Source: Chromera velia (Eukaryota). Taken from it: 45,803 nucleotides of DNA. The translations under genes were made by a program, and so were the position numbers. Position 1 is the stretch's first letter; every line of letters starts with the position of its first letter. This document shows positions 1-45,803 of this stretch, piece after piece. The notes beneath the pieces were generated by a model. It ran no database searches and was not told the origin of the DNA. It was given only the letters and a program-made list of their open reading frames with translations. Where the stretch lies: positions 1-45,803 of the forward strand of contig JAHBMJ010000531.1 in assembly GCA_018398765.1 (NCBI GenBank), given 5' to 3'.

Positions 1-999
1 AAAAGAAATCATGAAGACGAAAGGAAACGAGTCAAACAAGCATGAAGGAAAGAAGGAAGGTCTAGAGGAAGGTTCTGGAAGAAAGGAAAGAAGGAATCTA
101 ACGAACGAAAAAGGAGAGAACCTCAGAGAGTCTGATCCTGAAGCAAGGACTCTTAATAGCAAAACCGGTAGTGCTCCTCCAAACGATCCTCCAAGGCGCC
201 CAGCGGACATGCGCGCCCGCCCCCCCTTTCTACTGAATCAATTGACGATGATCCAAGGCTTGCATGCAACAACGAAGCAAGCGACGCCCTTCCGTCACGA
301 AGTCCTTGTCCGTGAACCGATTGCTTCGAAGAGGATTGACAGAAAGACCCGATTTCACTAGCCCCACCGAGGCATGTCCCTTCCCCGCCCTATTTACCAC
401 TCCTGCACAAAGCGACAAACCATCCCTCTGTCGCACAACTGCACCCCGAACTCCCGAAGAAGTCCCAAACACACCTTGAAACTTCTCCTGATACGGTTGA
501 GTCAGACACCGTCTAGTTGTTTTCATCACAGAGCAATGGTCATATTCATGCGTATTGGACTCTTTCTGCACAAGAGGGGGCTCAAGACTGCAACATGATG
601 CAGTCAAGGGGCCGGGAAATAATCAGATTGGCCTCTAATCGATCGACCGTTTATGTTGAGATGCCTCCGTTTGAAGCCTGTTTAAGCTCCACCGGGTCGA
701 TCGGCGGGCCGCAGCATCATCAGTAAGAGTTGATTGATTGCAGTCTTTTGCATGCGATTGATAGTAATTGATTGATTATCATGTAAACAGTTTGTGGCAC
801 AGGTATTTTTGGCCTATGTGGGCCGGCCAGGAAGGTCCGATGCGTGTATACGCTTTTCTTGAACGCCGCACGTCGAGCGCTCCAAGCTGCACTCGGCATT
901 GGAGCAAGAGGCCAATCCTCCAGACATTAATCCTATCCTATCCTATCCTTCCTATAAAAAAAATTTAGTGCCCACCCCTAGGAAAAAGAAGTTCGGGAA

Positions 1000-1459
1000 C
1001 TAGGGGTGTCACAGAGAAAAAAAAAAGTATATAACTCAATTTGTCGGGGAGTTGCTTTTTCTTTTTTTTTTTCTTTCTGTAAAACAACCGTTGTGTCGCT
1101 GTTGCACGGGTGGTGTACAAGTGTTGCAAGGTGTTGCGGGCCGTTCAAAAAAAAAAAAGTGCATAACTCAATTGACCTCTCTGAACCTAACTACCACTTA
1201 AAATTTTAAGCCGCATTTTTGGATAAGCTTGAAAGTCCGCGCCGCAGGCGCGGATCATTTACGGTATCTTGAAACCCAAAGCCGCATATCTGGACGGTGC
1301 CTTGACCTTGTATACCGCAAGCGTGAACGGTCTCTTGAAAAACAATGCCGCAAATAAAGATCATCTTGATTATATTTTTTCAAGTGGTACTTAGCTTTAG
1401 GGAGGTTACTCAATTTTTCAGATATTTTTTATTAGTTTTTTTCTCTGTGACACTCCTAG
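1000..1459. mobile_element. Non-autonomous DNA transposon (MITE), 460 bp, 24-bp TIRs, 8-bp TSD (hAT-like)
   Basis: Left end 1000-1023 CTAGGGGTGTCACAGAGAAAAAAA. Right end 1436-1459 reverse-complements to CTAGGAGTGTCACAGAGAAAAAAA (1 mismatch). Identical 8-mer TTCGGGAA on both sides (992-999 and 1460-1467). AT-rich interior with subrepeats and no transposase. An 8-bp TSD is typical of hAT (also P and Merlin) elements. Confidence 0.85.
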
Positions 1460-2522
1460 TTCGGGAAGCACCGGAAATATACCATGCGGGATGTACAAGC
1501 TGTGCTAGAAGCTGTGAGACAGTGGAGATACGATCAAAGGGTCTCTCTGTACATATACGTTCTAGATCCGATTCCATTCTGTCAGGCAATGTCAACAGGA
1601 ACTATTAAACGGACATCGAGAATGCTCAGAACCGTGACAGAACGGGGTAGGCGCGGTCTTTGGAGCCTGTGAGCGAATGATCGAACGCGTGATGGTTAAG
1701 GCGGAACGTGTGTGAACAGTGGGAGGAATGTGCTTTGTAGGGAAACCAATTCGTTGCACGAAACTTGACGAGTCAAGCAAAGAAGGGCGCGGTAAGGCAC
1801 CGATCAGGTGGAACAACGGTAGGAAGATGCGGGATCAAGTGGGTGGTTTGTGTGTTTCCTTCTGCCCTTTGCCCTTTGACTCTTTCTTCTTTTCTCCTCT
1901 TAGACGAGACACAAAAGATGGACGCATGTTACAAGCACCCGGCCTTCTTCGCATTTCCACCTCCTCACCTCGCAGAAAGTGGCCAGATCGAACCAGAGAA
2001 ACAATCCCTCAGTATAACGGTGAACTACTACTCTTGTTCGACCAAGTGTGGAACAAATTGAGTGTCTGTCTTTTTCTTCTTCGTCTAACGATCGATGGAC
2101 TGCAGTGCCACAAATTCAATTCAAGTTCTTTTAATCCGAAAGCAAACTCTTTGACAAGGTCGAAGGATTGACGTTCATTTCAAACCAACGAAAGAACGTT
2201 GAGCGAGAGGCACTGCAAACTCTCTCTCCACAGGACAGACCATCTGTCTCTCCAAATGACGATGTCTAGGACGATGTGGAGGAAAAGAAGAGAAAGAAAA
2301 CAAATTGACGCGCTCGATCGATCTGACCTTCCTCAACATTCACTTACTATCCCACTCAGTCTCTACTACAAGACACGACCGATCGACAGACCTGGAGATT
2401 ACATCTTCGATACAATGCATTGATTTCTACCTCCGCACTCTGTTTCTTTTCTTTTGTCCACTCTGCAGGAAAGCCTCTCTTTCCTAATCTTTCTCGTTCA
2501 TCTTCTGTTCTCTTCTCTCTTC

Positions 2523-4429
2523 TCAGAGAAGAGATCTCGGCACAAGCCCCGTGATCTCGAGCATTGTCCTGATCTGACTGGGTATGGATTCTCCTGTCCA
2601 TAGCTCTGTCAGCAGACCTGTGGCAAAGAAGAACATCGCCAACCTGAAGGCAGGGAAAGAGACAGAGAGAAAGAGGCGCAGATCGATCGAAGGCTTGCAG
2701 GGAGGCAGACCAGCAAAAGGGACCAAAAGAGCTGAAAAATTCAAACTTCTTTCTGTATCCAACCTTCCTTCCATAGTGAATCAGTGCCACCCAAGTCTTG
2801 GGCAGAGGTGCACACGAAGACAAATTCTCCCTTCCTTTCTCTCACTCACTCACTCACTCACTCACACACACACATACACACGCACGCACGCGCACACACA
2901 CAGAGGGGGCCCGACAAACACACAAGCATACCTGAACACCACAGCCCCTATGCAGAAAGCCTTTTCGAGAGGGAATCCTCTTCTCTTGTCTTTCTCAGGA
3001 ACGCTTTGAACTAAGAGACAGGCAGTGCCAGAGAAACAAACACTCGTTGACTGACCCACTGACTCACTCACTCATCTACCCACCGACTTCCTGTCGCTCT
3101 CCTTACTTTTTTCACGTGTGAACTGTGCGAGGCAATACAATGCTAGAAGGGCATCGACCTCACTGAGCGCGCGCGCGCGCGCACACACACACACACACAC
3201 GTGTATTCCTTCGCACTCACCCACCCCTCACCCAAAAGAACCGACGGACGGACAAACGGACCTCCCATTGATCAGTTCCGGAATCGGAGCCCACCCAACC
3301 CACTGGTCCTCTTCCTCTTCAGGGTCGAGGGCTGTCTCGAACCGCTCTTGCAAGTTCTGTGTGTAGGGGGAGAAAGACCGAGACTGAGATCAGAGTTTCA
3401 GGCAAAAGAAAAAAAGGGTTATAGACAGGCCAAGACGCAATCACAGAGACTCGCAGAGCCACTCAGTCAAAAAGGAACACAGCCCCACAACCATATCTCG
3501 CTCCAGAAACAAGCAACTTAGTGACTGAACAAATCAAGGACACTGCCCAACGAGTAGATGTTCCCATCCCAACAAACAAACCAATTAACTGACCAAAAGT
3601 TTGACCCGTTTCTCCCCAGAATTGACGCACTCCTTTTTTCCCGGTGTTTCCGTCTCCTCCACCAGGGAGTTCACAGAGGAGCATAGCTTCTCATAATAAG
3701 CATCGAAGCCCATCTCCACCAAGTCAGCAACCTTCTGCTCGAACTCATTCCGAGACATGTCGCCCTTCCAGTCGGCCATCAACTCCCATGTCAGCTGCAG
3801 TGGTGATTGAAATTGTGCCTGTTTGAACCAAACAAGTGCATGCTGCATGCATAAGCAAACATTTCCGCCTGCACTCTGCCACCCACTCCTGCGACGAGTG
3901 CACTGAGGTGGGTAGAGGGACAGCTAGAAGGTCTGTTCGCTCACCTACTCTCTCTCTCAGTCTGGCTGTGTGAAAGAGGAGGACAAGTGGGGACACAAAA
4001 ATAGAGAGCAGTGCACATGTATGCCTGCGTGGAGGCCCACCCCGCAGCTTCATGACTTACTTGTGCGACTCGTCGAGGTGCCGTCTCCTGATTCAGAGAC
4101 TCAGGAAGGGAGTGGGAAGACGAAGACACAGGACGGAACTTCACAGAATTGATTCGCTCGCAGAAGTCGACAACAGAAAAGCGATTTCGCTTCTTCAAAA
4201 GCTTTCCTGCTGCCCCTTCTTGTGCCACCCGTCCGTAGATCTTAGCGGCGTCATTGACAGGAACCTGCAGAGAGGAGGACAAGAAAGGACACGTGTAGAG
4301 GGAGCTAGAATCGCTACTTGCGCAGAAGAGCATCATAACCGGAAGCACGCGAATGCTGCAACTTACCGAGAAAGATGCCGCAAGCTCCACGCAGAGAGCG
4401 AAGAGCAAGGTCAAACTTCTCGGCAACAT
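2523..4429 (-). CDS. Putative plastid-targeted protein with C-terminal LHC-like (LIL/SEP/HLIP-type) membrane helix, about 274 aa, 7 exons
   Basis: Manual exons 4429-4367, 4264-4061, 3842-3594, 3356-3304, 3162-3107, 3010-2932, 2643-2523, all GT-AG and phase-consistent (825 nt including TGA). N-terminus MLPRSLTLLFALCVELAA-SF is signal-peptide-like with a Phe near the cleavage site. C-terminus RLAMFFFATGLLTELWTGESIPSQIRTMLEITGLV matches the RxAM...ExxTG pattern of the LHC-like superfamily. The exon 5 donor is the least certain boundary. Confidence 0.6.
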
Positions 4430-5096
4430 GGCAAGTTCTTACAGTGTGAGTTGCGATCTCTCACTGGTGTGACTCTCGTCTTACTTCGAAAAATGAAACC
4501 CCTCGCACTTCTTGTCCCCACGCGATGCTTCACAGACTGATCAGCCGAGAACGTTTGAGCACAGTTGGCGAACTCCTGTCCGACGAGTAATTAAGAGAGC
4601 TTTACCCTGCTGTTGCATGAATGCCCCCCAGCTCAAACACGCTATAGCTCCGCCCTCGATCGATCGATCGAGATCCGATCGAGGGGCCATATGACGGAGA
4701 CGCCCGAGGGGCACTCGCACGGAGCATCACGGAGCACGAAATTTCACAAACACTCGAACGCGCGCGCGGTTGCACGTATCACAACATGCATGTGGCTAAA
4801 AATAAATTGGCTTTCAGTGACGATCAAAAGAAAAGAAACAGCTAGCGAAAAACGATTTGACGGTGATCGGCACTCTTGAACGCTGTTTCCCTGCAGCGGT
4901 CAGGTCTGCGCAACGTCGACTGGTGCTTTGACAGTTCCATTCTTCCCCCCTTGTCAGTGTGTGGACCTGGTTTTTTGAACTGTCGAAACATCAGCAAGAA
5001 AGACGAATCAGTGAAGGGGACAACAGTGTGTCTCTTGTGAGACGGTGGTTGTGGAAGGAGACAGAAACGGAGGGTTGGGTTGTTCTTTGAGGGAGG
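4430..5096. promoter_or_regulatory. Short divergent (head-to-head) intergenic region, probable bidirectional promoter plus 5' UTRs
   Basis: About 670 bp between the minus-strand ATG (4429) and the first plus-strand ATG (5097). Contains the perfect 18-bp palindrome CTCGATCGATCGATCGAG (4655-4672) and ACATGCATGT (4784-4793). Confidence 0.45.
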
Positions 5097-5150
5097 ATGG
5101 TAGAATCGCCACATTGGAGGTGGCGAGTCTTCGCCCTTCCTCCACGATTG

Positions 5151-45641
<40,491 letters not shown>

Positions 45642-45803
45642 GTAGGTCTCTCTTCCTCTGTTCCTCTCTCTCTCTCCCTCTCTCTGTCTCGCTTCTTTTT
45701 CTGTGTCTGTGTCTCTTTCACTCTCTTGTTTTCTTTCTGCCTTTCTCGTATAATTTTTCTGTCGGTTGCGCTACACACGATCATCCGTGGGGGGGGGGGG
45801 GGG

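Noticed and set aside
1..960. ORFs 11..361 (+) and 230..607 (-) as genes
   Set aside because: No recognisable protein features, and I could not build a convincing spliced model. They may be UTR or intron of a neighbouring gene outside the window.
1470..2520. ORFs 1719..2171 and neighbours; possible ncRNA
   Set aside because: No coding bias or recognisable RNA motif. Probably intergenic sequence plus the 3' UTR of the minus-strand gene.

Overview
Eukaryotic, intron-dense genomic DNA. The microsatellite-rich introns, GTCAGT-type donors, TGCAG acceptors and signal-plus-transit-peptide leaders suggest an alga with a complex plastid. The style recalls Chromera velia (inference only). The window holds three main things. 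(1) A 460-bp non-autonomous DNA transposon at 1000-1459 with 24-bp terminal inverted repeats and an 8-bp target-site duplication. (2) A 7-exon minus-strand gene at 4429-2523 (about 274 aa) with a plastid-type leader and a C-terminal LHC-like (LIL/SEP/HLIP-type) helix. (3) Divergent from it, one enormous plus-strand gene from 5151 (or 5097) that runs off the window end. By hand I could splice 71 GT-AG exons into one uninterrupted, phase-consistent reading frame of about 14,800 nt (more than 4,900 aa, no stop reached). It begins with a putative bipartite plastid-targeting leader, continues through about 4,350 aa of acidic and coiled-coil-like sequence I do not recognise, then carries a complete three-domain cyanobacterial/plastid-type ribosomal protein S1 (bS1c) module at about aa 4390-4700 and an acidic tail of more than 230 aa. 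A plastid S1 more than ten times normal size is the main discovery candidate. Most ORFs in the supplied track are intronic microsatellite or antisense artefacts. Exon boundaries are manual predictions without transcript evidence.
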